A DNA stretch of 63,986 nucleotides, counting the filler, from Lama guanicoe (taxonomy: Eukaryota), in NCBI GenBank assembly GCA_013239625.1. It is 211 parts of 211 records of this genome, joined end to end, with 100 filler letters (N's around TTAATTAATTAA, not from the genome) between each part and the next. Parts side by side here need not be neighbours in the genome. Positions count along the whole stretch, not along the records: positions 1 to 203 come from PNXV01032275.1; positions 304 to 506 come from PNXV01032276.1; positions 607 to 809 come from PNXV01032277.1; positions 910 to 1,112 come from PNXV01032278.1; positions 1,213 to 1,415 come from PNXV01032279.1; positions 1,516 to 1,718 come from PNXV01032280.1; positions 1,819 to 2,021 come from PNXV01032281.1; positions 2,122 to 2,324 come from PNXV01032282.1; 203 more parts are not named here. One strand, written 5' to 3'. Below are positions 1-11,717 of the stretch, one piece after another (within the stretch, counting starts at the first letter, position 1; every line of letters starts with the position of its first letter). Under the pieces are notes generated by a model that was not told where the DNA came from, searched no databases, and saw nothing but the letters and a program-made list of their open reading frames with translations. Both the position numbers and the translations under genes were made by a program.

Positions 1-203
1 GAGTCATGGGAGCAAAGGCATGAATTCTGCCTTGCGTTTCTGCCAGCCTCAGTGGCCGTCACCTCCTCTCTCTTCCTGGGGAGGCGAGAATGGGCACCCA
101 CCCCGTGTGAGAGGCGGGAGCAGATGTCCTTGGAGGGCAGGGGTCCCTCTTGCGATAAGCCCTCCCACCTGGGTCCTCCTGGCTGAGGTGCCCCAGGCAG
201 CCC

Positions 204-303
204 NNNNNNNNNNNNNNNNNNNNNNNNNNNNNNNNNNNNNNNNNNNNTTAATTAATTAANNNNNNNNNNNNNNNNNNNNNNNNNNNNNNNNNNNNNNNNN
301 NNN
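204..303. other. Artificial contig spacer (44 N + TTAATTAATTAA + 44 N); first of 210 identical copies, last at 63683-63782
   Basis: Invariant 100-bp unit every 303-304 bp. The self-complementary 12-mer has TAA at offsets 2, 6 and 10, giving stops in all six frames. 58x203 + 153x204 + 210x100 = 63,986. Confidence 0.99.
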
Positions 304-954
304 TCTGCACACCTGCAGCCTTCACTTCCCCCTGCAGCAGCCTCACAAAGCAGCCTCACAAAGCACATCACATGCCCCCAAAGTGTTCTCATCATTTTAT
401 AGACAAGCTGTCTGAGCCTCAGAGAGGGGAAGCCGATTTTGTCAAGTTTAAACAGCATGCTCCTCATTCTTTTCCAATATTCCTTCCATCTTTCCTCCCT
501 TCCTTCNNNNNNNNNNNNNNNNNNNNNNNNNNNNNNNNNNNNNNNNNNNNTTAATTAATTAANNNNNNNNNNNNNNNNNNNNNNNNNNNNNNNNNNNNNN
601 NNNNNNGGGGCCATCACTGCCGGCCTCAGAGGAGGGGCAGGAGTGCTGGCGCCAGCGGAGTCTTGGGCCCACGACCCGCTCACACCGCTTCCCCAACTCT
701 TTCCTGCACGCGGCCCTGACCTTGCCTGGACATTGGCGGAGCCCCCGCCCTCTCCCAGCTCCCCCTTCCTGAGATGATAACAGGAGGCCATGGTCCTGGC
801 GGGACTGGANNNNNNNNNNNNNNNNNNNNNNNNNNNNNNNNNNNNNNNNNNNNTTAATTAATTAANNNNNNNNNNNNNNNNNNNNNNNNNNNNNNNNNNN
901 NNNNNNNNNCTTAAAGACAAGGGCAACACAGGCTCTGGGTGAACTTGATGCAGG

Positions 955-1112
955 TCGGACTCCTGGGTCAAAGTACATGTGCTCCTCTGATCCTACGTTT
1001 CCTTAGAATCTATAAAACAAGGACGGAAACACCTCTCTTGTAGAAACGTTGTGAGGATTAAATCAGAGACCTCATCCATCATGTGTGTGGCCCCCAACAA
1101 GCACACTCTTGA
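955..1112 (+). mobile_element. MIR SINE remnant
   Basis: ...gtttccttagaatctataaaacaagg...gttgtgaggattaaatcagag resembles the MIR core (gttgtgaggattaaatgag). Confidence 0.7.
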
Positions 1113-1329
1113 NNNNNNNNNNNNNNNNNNNNNNNNNNNNNNNNNNNNNNNNNNNNTTAATTAATTAANNNNNNNNNNNNNNNNNNNNNNNNNNNNNNNN
1201 NNNNNNNNNNNNGCTCCCCTGCATTGTGGGGGACTCTGGGGGTCTGAGGCAGGCTGCCCAGTTGTGCTGTCCAGCAGGGCCAGCTTGTGAAGGTGCATGA
1301 CCTCATGTCGGCTTCCTTCTGGGGCACAG

Positions 1330-1415
1330 GTCTTCCCTGGGGCTGGGTCTTCATGCTGGCCAGTGGCCAGGCCTCAGACTCAGGCAGCTACTCCTGCATG
1401 GCCATGAGTGCAGTG
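1330..1415 (+). pseudogene. Decayed Ig I-set domain exon, hemicentin-2-like
   Basis: After acceptor cag (1327-1329): VFPG, then a 1-nt frame slip in the G run at 1339-1342, then WVFMLASGQASDSGSYSCMAMSAV carrying the D-x-G-x-Y-x-C Ig motif. Resembles recalled HMCN2 repeats (VFPGGRVLTLASARASDSGxYSCVAVSAVG). Confidence 0.6.
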
Positions 1416-2121
1416 NNNNNNNNNNNNNNNNNNNNNNNNNNNNNNNNNNNNNNNNNNNNTTAATTAATTAANNNNNNNNNNNNNNNNNNNNNNNNNNNNN
1501 NNNNNNNNNNNNNNNGAGGACTTAAGTGTATCTGAATACCAATTTCATAATCATTTTACACATGCATTGGTAATCTCATGGTAGAACATAAAAACTGCAA
1601 ATACATCACTTTGGATCCTACCCTAAGTTTACCTTTTAGGGAAAAGTATGTATATAGTAGATGCTGTGGTGTACTATTCAGATCCCTCTTTAGGAATAAG
1701 GGACTTGTTCTGCCAGCCNNNNNNNNNNNNNNNNNNNNNNNNNNNNNNNNNNNNNNNNNNNNTTAATTAATTAANNNNNNNNNNNNNNNNNNNNNNNNNN
1801 NNNNNNNNNNNNNNNNNNACTCTCAAATCATCCTGAATAATTTTTATTTAACCTTTGGGTCTTTTCTCATATTATCCATTCTTTACTCCTTTATCCTCTT
1901 TTTTCTTCTGCTGTGAACATTTCTTCACATACCTTCTTGTTATTTGTTAGAAAGATGAAAATATCACTTCCGCTAGGAAGTTCTTCCTCTTCCTCAAGGC
2001 TAGGCTCTACTCCTACATCTANNNNNNNNNNNNNNNNNNNNNNNNNNNNNNNNNNNNNNNNNNNNTTAATTAATTAANNNNNNNNNNNNNNNNNNNNNNN
2101 NNNNNNNNNNNNNNNNNNNNN

Positions 2122-2324
2122 TGTATAGGACATTAATGTAATGGATTATTAAATAATTTGATAAATAAAAATGAAAACTGATGCTCTTTGAAGACACTGT
2201 AGAGGGATTAAAAAAAAAAACAAAACAACAACCAAAAATACCCCACACAGACTAGAAACAGTATTTGCAAAACATACGATTAAGGACTGGTACTGTATAT
2301 ACACGAAGACTTTTCACAACTCAA
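2122..2324 (+). mobile_element. Old L1 ORF2 fragment
   Basis: gaagacactgt...cacagactagaaacagtatttgcaaaacata...cacaactcaa matches the L1 ORF2 3' region. Confidence 0.75.
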
Positions 2325-2727
2325 NNNNNNNNNNNNNNNNNNNNNNNNNNNNNNNNNNNNNNNNNNNNTTAATTAATTAANNNNNNNNNNNNNNNNNNNN
2401 NNNNNNNNNNNNNNNNNNNNNNNNGCTGCTGTCCCTATCATATCGTAAGTGCTTCATGATTTCTTTGCTGTCTGAACAAATGAAAAATGGATGGATGGAT
2501 GATTACTTTAAATGTATAAAGCAAGAGAGTCATTCTAACAAGAAAGTTTTGTGGAGTGTGAGTATAAGATCGCACTTATTATCAAGAATAGAATGACCTA
2601 TGTATGGTACAGTTATAAAATTTCTAANNNNNNNNNNNNNNNNNNNNNNNNNNNNNNNNNNNNNNNNNNNNTTAATTAATTAANNNNNNNNNNNNNNNNN
2701 NNNNNNNNNNNNNNNNNNNNNNNNNNN

Positions 2728-2930
2728 GTTACCTAGTCTCCAGTCTGTATTCAGTTTACACCGGTTGTCTCAGTAGTGTCCTCCCTCTGTCTAGGAACTG
2801 ATGCAGTTGCATTTTAGTTGTCATGTCCCCTCTTAGTTTTCTTTAATCTGAAACAATTCCAAAATCTTTCTTTGTCTCTCATGACTGTTATACTTTGAAG
2901 AGTACTGGTCAGTAATTTTGTAGAATACCC
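2728..2930 (-). mobile_element. L1MC-type 3' UTR fragment
   Basis: ttgcattttagttgtcatgtc...tttgaagagtactggtcagtaattttgtagaat is a typical L1MC antisense string. Confidence 0.7.
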
Positions 2931-4848
2931 NNNNNNNNNNNNNNNNNNNNNNNNNNNNNNNNNNNNNNNNNNNNTTAATTAATTAANNNNNNNNNNNNNN
3001 NNNNNNNNNNNNNNNNNNNNNNNNNNNNNNAGGACGACACAGAGGAAAGAGCCAGGATACGTCAGGGGTATCAGGGCATGCCAGATACCATGATGGAGGA
3101 ATACAAAGGTTGGGGGAATAAAGGACACAGGAAATGGGATGGAGGTAGACAGCTGTCTGCAGAGCAAGGAAATCAGAAGCAAGAGAGGATGGCAAGTGAT
3201 TTACCCAAACATGGACAGGAAGAGGGAAGAGTGNNNNNNNNNNNNNNNNNNNNNNNNNNNNNNNNNNNNNNNNNNNNTTAATTAATTAANNNNNNNNNNN
3301 NNNNNNNNNNNNNNNNNNNNNNNNNNNNNNNNNAACAGATAACTATTTCTATTACATCTCAATAAAGCTCAATAAATTTCAAATAAAAACGTGGTATTGA
3401 TTAAACAAAAAAATAGACTGGAAGCTATTCACTAAGTACATTTTATCACATGTAATCTGTATCTGATCACTAATTCAGCTAAGTCTGTCTTTTGTTGCTC
3501 TGTTTTAATGCATAAGCCTAGATATAAAAAAAATCANNNNNNNNNNNNNNNNNNNNNNNNNNNNNNNNNNNNNNNNNNNNTTAATTAATTAANNNNNNNN
3601 NNNNNNNNNNNNNNNNNNNNNNNNNNNNNNNNNNNNCCATTACGCTGGATATTTGAAAAATAAAACAAAAACCTATGGCTGTGTCAACAAACAACACAAA
3701 GTTAAAAAGAAGTCCCATACATCAAACAATTTATTTTTATTTTAATGTCATTTCTCTCGCTTGATGTCTCTACACAGTAGATACCTTGTAATTTAGAGCT
3801 TCCTGCCAAGACGACTTCAGGGTCATTCTGGAATCAAGCNNNNNNNNNNNNNNNNNNNNNNNNNNNNNNNNNNNNNNNNNNNNTTAATTAATTAANNNNN
3901 NNNNNNNNNNNNNNNNNNNNNNNNNNNNNNNNNNNNNNNTTTTTTGACATGCTGTTTCTTTTGATAATTTTATTCTCTATTCTAAAGCAGCTCTAGAGTC
4001 CCTTTTATGTATTAATTTGTTTGGGAAAGAGAATTAAATGCAAAATGTATAGTTATAATAGTTTTAATATGAGTACACCGCTACGAAAAAGCAGTTGAGG
4101 TATTGACCGAAGATAACATAGAATAATACCGTAATAATAATANNNNNNNNNNNNNNNNNNNNNNNNNNNNNNNNNNNNNNNNNNNNTTAATTAATTAANN
4201 NNNNNNNNNNNNNNNNNNNNNNNNNNNNNNNNNNNNNNNNNNTAGAAATTTACAAAACACAAGGTTATGCATTTATCAGTTTGTGAGAATATTGTGAATA
4301 AAGGAGCCCAGGTAGATTGCCCTCTAATATCTCTAGAAGCAGTGCCTCAGGATCTTCCCACCTAGAATTTATTGTGGAACATAGTTACTTCCGAAAGTAG
4401 AATCAATGATACATGTAAGTTAAATGCCAAAGGATTTAAGAAATTNNNNNNNNNNNNNNNNNNNNNNNNNNNNNNNNNNNNNNNNNNNNTTAATTAATTA
4501 ANNNNNNNNNNNNNNNNNNNNNNNNNNNNNNNNNNNNNNNNNNNNTATTATAAGACACTTTGGAAATTCAGACTTGATATTCTAGATTTTAAATTCTCTC
4601 ACAATATTCACACCTGATCTAGAGTATCTTTTCATTTTACAAATACTTTAAGTCACTGATCCCATCTCCTTCCAGAATCAAGCCTTAAGACACACTTATA
4701 GTCATTTAAAATCTAAGACTGGCAAACTGCAGGCTACAGACCAGTCTANNNNNNNNNNNNNNNNNNNNNNNNNNNNNNNNNNNNNNNNNNNNTTAATTAA
4801 TTAANNNNNNNNNNNNNNNNNNNNNNNNNNNNNNNNNNNNNNNNNNNN

Positions 4849-5051
4849 ATTTCTGGTGTACAGCACAATGTCCCAGTCATGCATATATATACATATAATT
4901 CATTTGCTTATTCTTTCTCATTAAAGGCTATTACAAGATATTGAATATATTTTCCTGTGCTATACAGAAGAAATTTATTTTTTAATCTATTTTCATATGT
5001 GACTAACATTTGCAAATCTCAAACTCCCAAATTTATCCCTTCCCATCTCCT
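4849..5051 (-). mobile_element. Lineage-specific (camelid-like) L1 3' UTR
   Basis: ggtgtacagcacaatgtcccagtcatgcatata...gctattacaagatattgaatat...ctgtgctatacag; shares motifs with fragments at 54664 and 61441. Confidence 0.7.
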
Positions 5052-7272
5052 NNNNNNNNNNNNNNNNNNNNNNNNNNNNNNNNNNNNNNNNNNNNTTAAT
5101 TAATTAANNNNNNNNNNNNNNNNNNNNNNNNNNNNNNNNNNNNNNNNNNNNTCAAGTGCAACCCGGAATGATGCAAAGTTATTCAAAGCTGCAGTCTTTT
5201 CCTGAGCTCAACTGGGCATTCTCTGTAGGCTCTTCTCTTTTCCTCCTTCTTTTTGCTTTAGCAGCTCTTGTAAACTGAAGGCTTCCGGTCTGATCTGAGA
5301 AATACTCCCACCCACACCATCTAGTCTCCCCTCTCCAAACAGCACGAGAACTGANNNNNNNNNNNNNNNNNNNNNNNNNNNNNNNNNNNNNNNNNNNNTT
5401 AATTAATTAANNNNNNNNNNNNNNNNNNNNNNNNNNNNNNNNNNNNNNNNNNNNAATCCTACAGACCGGATTAATTCTGTTTAATTGATTTGAGAAGAGA
5501 GAGAGAAAAAAAAAAAGGGGGTGGGAAGTTTTCATCAGAGATTAGCATTCACTTAGAAAATTGAGATTTCTTCTCCACAAGGTTGGAAGGCACCTGCTAC
5601 TGAGTGCATAAGATATAATTAAGCATAAAACTCCAGATATTTTTACACATATTAAGANNNNNNNNNNNNNNNNNNNNNNNNNNNNNNNNNNNNNNNNNNN
5701 NTTAATTAATTAANNNNNNNNNNNNNNNNNNNNNNNNNNNNNNNNNNNNNNNNNNNNTGCCCAGAGACCCTCACTCTGAGTTTGGGCAAAGCCAGACTGT
5801 CAGCCTTGCAGCCCATGTGCAGAGGGCAGGGGTCCTCCAAGGGCACAGTGGGTACTGTCACCCTGTACCTCTCACAGGACCCTGGCCTGGGACGCCTTCC
5901 ATCTCCTCTCAATTTACTACCCGGGCTTGGATTTGAGACCTCGGTCCAAGGGGAGCCTTGNNNNNNNNNNNNNNNNNNNNNNNNNNNNNNNNNNNNNNNN
6001 NNNNTTAATTAATTAANNNNNNNNNNNNNNNNNNNNNNNNNNNNNNNNNNNNNNNNNNNNAAAAAAAAACAATAAAATCAGTTCTGCAAAGAGAATTTCA
6101 CTTCTGCTTGGGATACAAGTGTATACATTATCCTTCATGCTTAGGGTAAGAGAAAGAAAAAGTCACATTAAGTGGTGGATGAATCAGAGTCTTCATGACT
6201 GATCTGCAGCGGGCAGAGTCTTTCACAGATGAGTAGCAAGTCATCTTAGTTTAGATGCTAGGTNNNNNNNNNNNNNNNNNNNNNNNNNNNNNNNNNNNNN
6301 NNNNNNNTTAATTAATTAANNNNNNNNNNNNNNNNNNNNNNNNNNNNNNNNNNNNNNNNNNNNAAATAAAGATGTCCTCAGTGATAATTATCCCACCAGC
6401 AGTGACAGAGGCGGAAACACTTCCGTGCCTTCGCAATGCACTGACTGATCAGCCCACCGGGGAACGGAAGCCACCGGCCACATGGGCCGTGTGGGTGCGG
6501 CCGTGAAGCAGGCGACTGCAGCACCTTCGCGCTGGAGACGTGCGTCTAACCTGCAGGTCCGCGGAGNNNNNNNNNNNNNNNNNNNNNNNNNNNNNNNNNN
6601 NNNNNNNNNNTTAATTAATTAANNNNNNNNNNNNNNNNNNNNNNNNNNNNNNNNNNNNNNNNNNNNTTAACTTGTCTCTAAAAGTTTAGATCTGACAACT
6701 TAATTCTTTTAAAAAAAAGGAAAACACTTGTTATATATTTCCTGTCTCGTGGCACACTGTACTGTTTGGGTCTAGTTTGTACCTAGACTTACCCTATTTT
6801 TATATGGAAAAAATTAGTCGCTCAAGGCTATCCTTTCTTATATAAATTTATGATGTTTATCCAAGGCTTNNNNNNNNNNNNNNNNNNNNNNNNNNNNNNN
6901 NNNNNNNNNNNNNTTAATTAATTAANNNNNNNNNNNNNNNNNNNNNNNNNNNNNNNNNNNNNNNNNNNNCAGGCTGTTGATCAAGTAATCTGAAAGTGAT
7001 GAAACAAACCCCGCCATGCGAAGGCTCTTGGGGAAAAAGGCACGCAGCTAGCTTTTAAACAAGGACACAGCAGAGCTGAACTTAATTTGCATCACAGAAC
7101 GATCCGTCCTAAAATCAAACGCACTTACAAAAAGTTTAAATTAGCCCTTGAAAACACAGTTCTGGTGGTGTTNNNNNNNNNNNNNNNNNNNNNNNNNNNN
7201 NNNNNNNNNNNNNNNNTTAATTAATTAANNNNNNNNNNNNNNNNNNNNNNNNNNNNNNNNNNNNNNNNNNNN

Positions 7273-7475
7273 CTACTTCAGAATTACACCTGCACCCCAA
7301 TGTTCATAACAGCATTATTTGCAAAAGCCAAGACTTGGAAAAGGCCAAAATGTCCATCAACAGATGACTGGATGAAGAACTTGTATATTTATCCAAAAGA
7401 ATACTACTCAGTCTTAAAAACCGACAACATAATGCCATTTCCAGCATCATGGATGCTCCTGGAGAATGTCATTCT
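7273..7475 (+). mobile_element. L1 ORF2 C-terminal fragment
   Basis: Translation MFITALFAKAKTWKRPKCPSTDDWMK...IMPFPASWMLLENVI matches the L1 ORF2 C-terminus. Confidence 0.93.
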
Positions 7476-8485
7476 NNNNNNNNNNNNNNNNNNNNNNNNN
7501 NNNNNNNNNNNNNNNNNNNTTAATTAATTAANNNNNNNNNNNNNNNNNNNNNNNNNNNNNNNNNNNNNNNNNNNNTCTTTTATACAGAGATTCTTCAGGT
7601 AAACATATAGTAGTGGTTTTTTTTTAATAATATCCATTATAAACATTCTTAATAAAACCATTCTCATATGTGGACCCAGTCAGTCTTCAGGTGGGTATGA
7701 TCTGTGAGATAAACCAGTTTTTTTAATTAAAGTGTAATTGATACATAATATTTTCTTAATTTCAGAGGTATAACAGTGNNNNNNNNNNNNNNNNNNNNNN
7801 NNNNNNNNNNNNNNNNNNNNNNTTAATTAATTAANNNNNNNNNNNNNNNNNNNNNNNNNNNNNNNNNNNNNNNNNNNNGGAAATGTCCTTCTCAAAATAA
7901 AAAATAAATCAAAATTTATTCACAGAGTTGTATTTGCCAAAAGCAACTGACATTATTGCAAGCTGTATCAATTGAAATATATTTTCTAAAGGTTCATTTT
8001 GATGATCAAATAAATAAATTTGCAAAATGGTAAGCCAATTTTATAAGTAGTAGAATATCTTTAAAGGAAAATGCTTTTAAANNNNNNNNNNNNNNNNNNN
8101 NNNNNNNNNNNNNNNNNNNNNNNNNTTAATTAATTAANNNNNNNNNNNNNNNNNNNNNNNNNNNNNNNNNNNNNNNNNNNNTAATCTGTGTGATCAAGGG
8201 AACCATCTGTGTCCTCTGGGAACCTGAACAAGTGTAAGAATATTTCCTTGCCCTTGGATACTGATGGGTTTTGGAACACCTTCATTTACTGGGAGCTGCT
8301 AAGTACAAGGACAGTAGTTTGGAAAATCACAAAGCTTTGAGAGGCAACCAAGAGCTCAGACTCAGTTGATTGACAAGGTACATCNNNNNNNNNNNNNNNN
8401 NNNNNNNNNNNNNNNNNNNNNNNNNNNNTTAATTAATTAANNNNNNNNNNNNNNNNNNNNNNNNNNNNNNNNNNNNNNNNNNNNA

Positions 8486-8518
8486 GGGAAAGTGACGGTG
8501 AAGACCGAAGGAGGAGCG
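8486..8518 (+). CDS. Fast skeletal myosin heavy chain (MYH2/MYH8/MYH1-type), 3' end of an exon
   Basis: GKVTVKTEGGA followed by donor GTGAGT at 8519. Confidence 0.9.
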
Positions 8519-8609
8519 GTGAGTAGGGTCCCAGGAGCTGACTACATTCCACTGATGATTTCGTTTGGTCACTCAATTGACATAAACAGTCATCTTTCCT
8601 GTTTCCCAG

Positions 8610-8687
8610 ACTCTGACAGTGAAAGATGACCAAATCTACCCCATGAACCCTCCCAAATTTGACAAGATCGAGGACATGGCCATGATG
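8610..8687 (+). CDS. Fast skeletal myosin heavy chain, next exon (partial)
   Basis: 91-bp GT-AG intron (8519-8609, pyrimidine tract + cag), then [26 protein letters not shown], the conserved sarcomeric myosin motif. Paralog not resolvable by eye; MYH2 is favoured. Confidence 0.95.
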
Positions 8688-8787
8688 NNNNNNNNNNNNN
8701 NNNNNNNNNNNNNNNNNNNNNNNNNNNNNNNTTAATTAATTAANNNNNNNNNNNNNNNNNNNNNNNNNNNNNNNNNNNNNNNNNNNN

Positions 8788-8955
8788 CAAAGGCAGTTGC
8801 CAAGGTGAAGTTAAACCCCGCCCGCAGGTCTTCCCCAAAACGTATGACGTGGTGCGAGTTCGGGATCACTTTTGCTGAAACCGTTGGGAGGGTGTTGCCC
8901 ACGCTGACAGTCTTACATGTGTTGTCGACAGAAACGAGGGTACAAGTTTTCTTTT
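8788..8955 (-). CDS. Candidate coding exon (partial), gene unassigned
   Basis: Acceptor ttcatttgttacag, then 55 open codons KKTCTLVSVDNTCKTV...RFGEDLRAGFNFTLATAF. 34 of 55 codons end in G/C and CpG is retained. Confidence 0.4.
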
Positions 8956-10605
8956 CTGTAACAAATGAAGCACTCACTGAACATTTACATNNNNNNNNNN
9001 NNNNNNNNNNNNNNNNNNNNNNNNNNNNNNNNNNTTAATTAATTAANNNNNNNNNNNNNNNNNNNNNNNNNNNNNNNNNNNNNNNNNNNNCCGTTGGAAT
9101 CCTTCAGGCTTCTTTCTGGTAAATATTCAGGATGTCCCTCAAGGGTATTCATTACCATGTTCCCAAGGGCCTCAGAAGCAATTTGCACCTGCAGTCTGTG
9201 GCAGAGAGCAGGCCCTTGGCAGACAGGGCCTGCTTTATAATTTATGACTCCACCTTTGGTGACATATGGATGTGGCCTTTGGCGGGCTCCCTGNNNNNNN
9301 NNNNNNNNNNNNNNNNNNNNNNNNNNNNNNNNNNNNNTTAATTAATTAANNNNNNNNNNNNNNNNNNNNNNNNNNNNNNNNNNNNNNNNNNNNGGTTATT
9401 TTTACGTGCTAGTGAGATGGGAGGGCTTTCTTATTGGAGGGCCGCTGGGCATAACTGGGCACTGGATTGACAGGGACGCCGGAGTAGGGGTGGGTGGACT
9501 GCGTGGGCAGGGATTCCACTGAGCTGTTGGGTCCTGGGGCTGACACGGTGAGCTGGCCTGCGGGGGTGGAAACAGTGCCCCTGACCCAGAAGACGTNNNN
9601 NNNNNNNNNNNNNNNNNNNNNNNNNNNNNNNNNNNNNNNNTTAATTAATTAANNNNNNNNNNNNNNNNNNNNNNNNNNNNNNNNNNNNNNNNNNNNAGTT
9701 CTGCGTAATAGTAACACCGCAAGTGACAAAGTAAGGGTGAAGCCATGTTCGCACGTACACGTTCCGCGTGGACGCGTTCCTCTGCCTCGCTGACCCAGGC
9801 CGGCCGGCGGGGATGGGAACCATCAGAATGGTCTGTCCGCGAGGGTGACGAGTTGTTCCGGGGGCACCGGCTTCCGCGTGGCTGGCCCAGCACACCGGGN
9901 NNNNNNNNNNNNNNNNNNNNNNNNNNNNNNNNNNNNNNNNNNNTTAATTAATTAANNNNNNNNNNNNNNNNNNNNNNNNNNNNNNNNNNNNNNNNNNNNG
10001 GAGGACAGGCCTGAGTGGGACCAGCCATGAGGGGCAGGTAGTGGGGAACTATGACAGCAGAGAAGGACCACGGGAGGGCCTGGGCGTTGGGAGTGTCATC
10101 TCTAGAGAGGATGGAGCCTGGGGACAAACTGAGTTGTAGGCACTGACCGAGTCGGGCAGGGTGGGACTGGGAGGTGGACAAGAGTGAAGTGTTACTGCCT
10201 TCNNNNNNNNNNNNNNNNNNNNNNNNNNNNNNNNNNNNNNNNNNNNTTAATTAATTAANNNNNNNNNNNNNNNNNNNNNNNNNNNNNNNNNNNNNNNNNN
10301 NNTATATTTTGGTGCCTGTCTTCTCAGCTTTGTGTGCTTGCAATAGAGTAAACACATGCTGCCTGAACATATGAGAGGGCCAGCTAGAAATAACACTTTC
10401 TAAAATCTTTTCTTCTGTTTTCCCACTGGTAGCCCAGCACCTTGCAGTTAATGTCGCCTGGCCAGTTGGCTTCTGGATGCAGTTACCTGGGGCATAAACT
10501 GGATCNNNNNNNNNNNNNNNNNNNNNNNNNNNNNNNNNNNNNNNNNNNNTTAATTAATTAANNNNNNNNNNNNNNNNNNNNNNNNNNNNNNNNNNNNNNN
10601 NNNNN

Positions 10606-10808
10606 ATCATCATCATAATAGAAAGATGACTCATGATAGTGGCAAAAATTATATCATATCCAGGAATATCTAAGACCTTCATGGAGAGCAGACAAACTCT
10701 TTTAAAGGACGCTTTGAAAGATCTAATTAAATAGGGTAGCACTCCATTCTCTGAGTTGGGTAAACATAATATTAAAAAGACATTTACTCTCCCTCCAAAT
10801 TAATGTAT
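10606..10808 (+). mobile_element. Old L1 ORF2 fragment
   Basis: aagatctaattaaataggg...cataatattaaaaagaca...ctccaaattaatgtat resembles the L1 ORF2 DLNKW...LNIVKM...PKLIY region. Confidence 0.65.
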
Positions 10809-10937
10809 NNNNNNNNNNNNNNNNNNNNNNNNNNNNNNNNNNNNNNNNNNNNTTAATTAATTAANNNNNNNNNNNNNNNNNNNNNNNNNNNNNNNNNNNN
10901 NNNNNNNNGAGATGAAGCCACTTCATTCTCCATTCAG

Positions 10938-10984
10938 AGAGAAACCACACATTGACATAGATTTAGCTCACAAAGTGATGGATG
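10938..10984 (+). CDS. Candidate 47-nt internal exon, gene unassigned
   Basis: cttcattctccattcag acceptor, G|GTAGGT donor, one open frame EKPHIDIDLAHKVMD. Confidence 0.3.
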
Positions 10985-11514
10985 GTAGGTTCGAAATTGC
11001 CACCAAGCCCTCTGCTTTGGGAGGGGGCCCGATCGCAAAGTCCTGGTGGGGGTGGGCATCCGGGAGGGCTCCCTGGGGAAGAAGAACAGAGCTGACACCT
11101 GAGGGACAGAGNNNNNNNNNNNNNNNNNNNNNNNNNNNNNNNNNNNNNNNNNNNNTTAATTAATTAANNNNNNNNNNNNNNNNNNNNNNNNNNNNNNNNN
11201 NNNNNNNNNNNTTCCTCATCAGTCCATGAAAATAACTGCCCATGGCACATAGAGTTTCAAACATTAAAGGAAATCACCAAATTCACAACCTAGCCAAGGG
11301 GCTGGCAGTGCGTCCTCAATAGACAAATGCTGCCTTTCGGCTCTGACACACACCAAGCTTGGCGTCCGCACACAGTGAACACTGCTAAGTGCCAGTGTGT
11401 TAAGTGCTTCATGTNNNNNNNNNNNNNNNNNNNNNNNNNNNNNNNNNNNNNNNNNNNNTTAATTAATTAANNNNNNNNNNNNNNNNNNNNNNNNNNNNNN
11501 NNNNNNNNNNNNNN

Positions 11515-11717
11515 TAGAAGTCTCAATCACTCCTTGATCCATGGGCTGCAGAATGGATGTTGTGTTAAGTGGCATGAAAACAACATGAATCTCATTGTCC
11601 ACCTCCTTCAGCGCTCCGGGGTAACCAGGCACACTGTCAGTGGGCAGCACTATTTTGAAAGGAATCTCTTTTCTGAACAGTAGGTCTCAACAGTGGGTTT
11701 AAAATACTCAGTAAACC
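11515..11717 (-). mobile_element. Tigger1 (pogo family) transposase fragment
   Basis: Translation ...[23 protein letters not shown] contains the pogo/Tigger DDE motif [14 protein letters not shown]. Confidence 0.93.
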
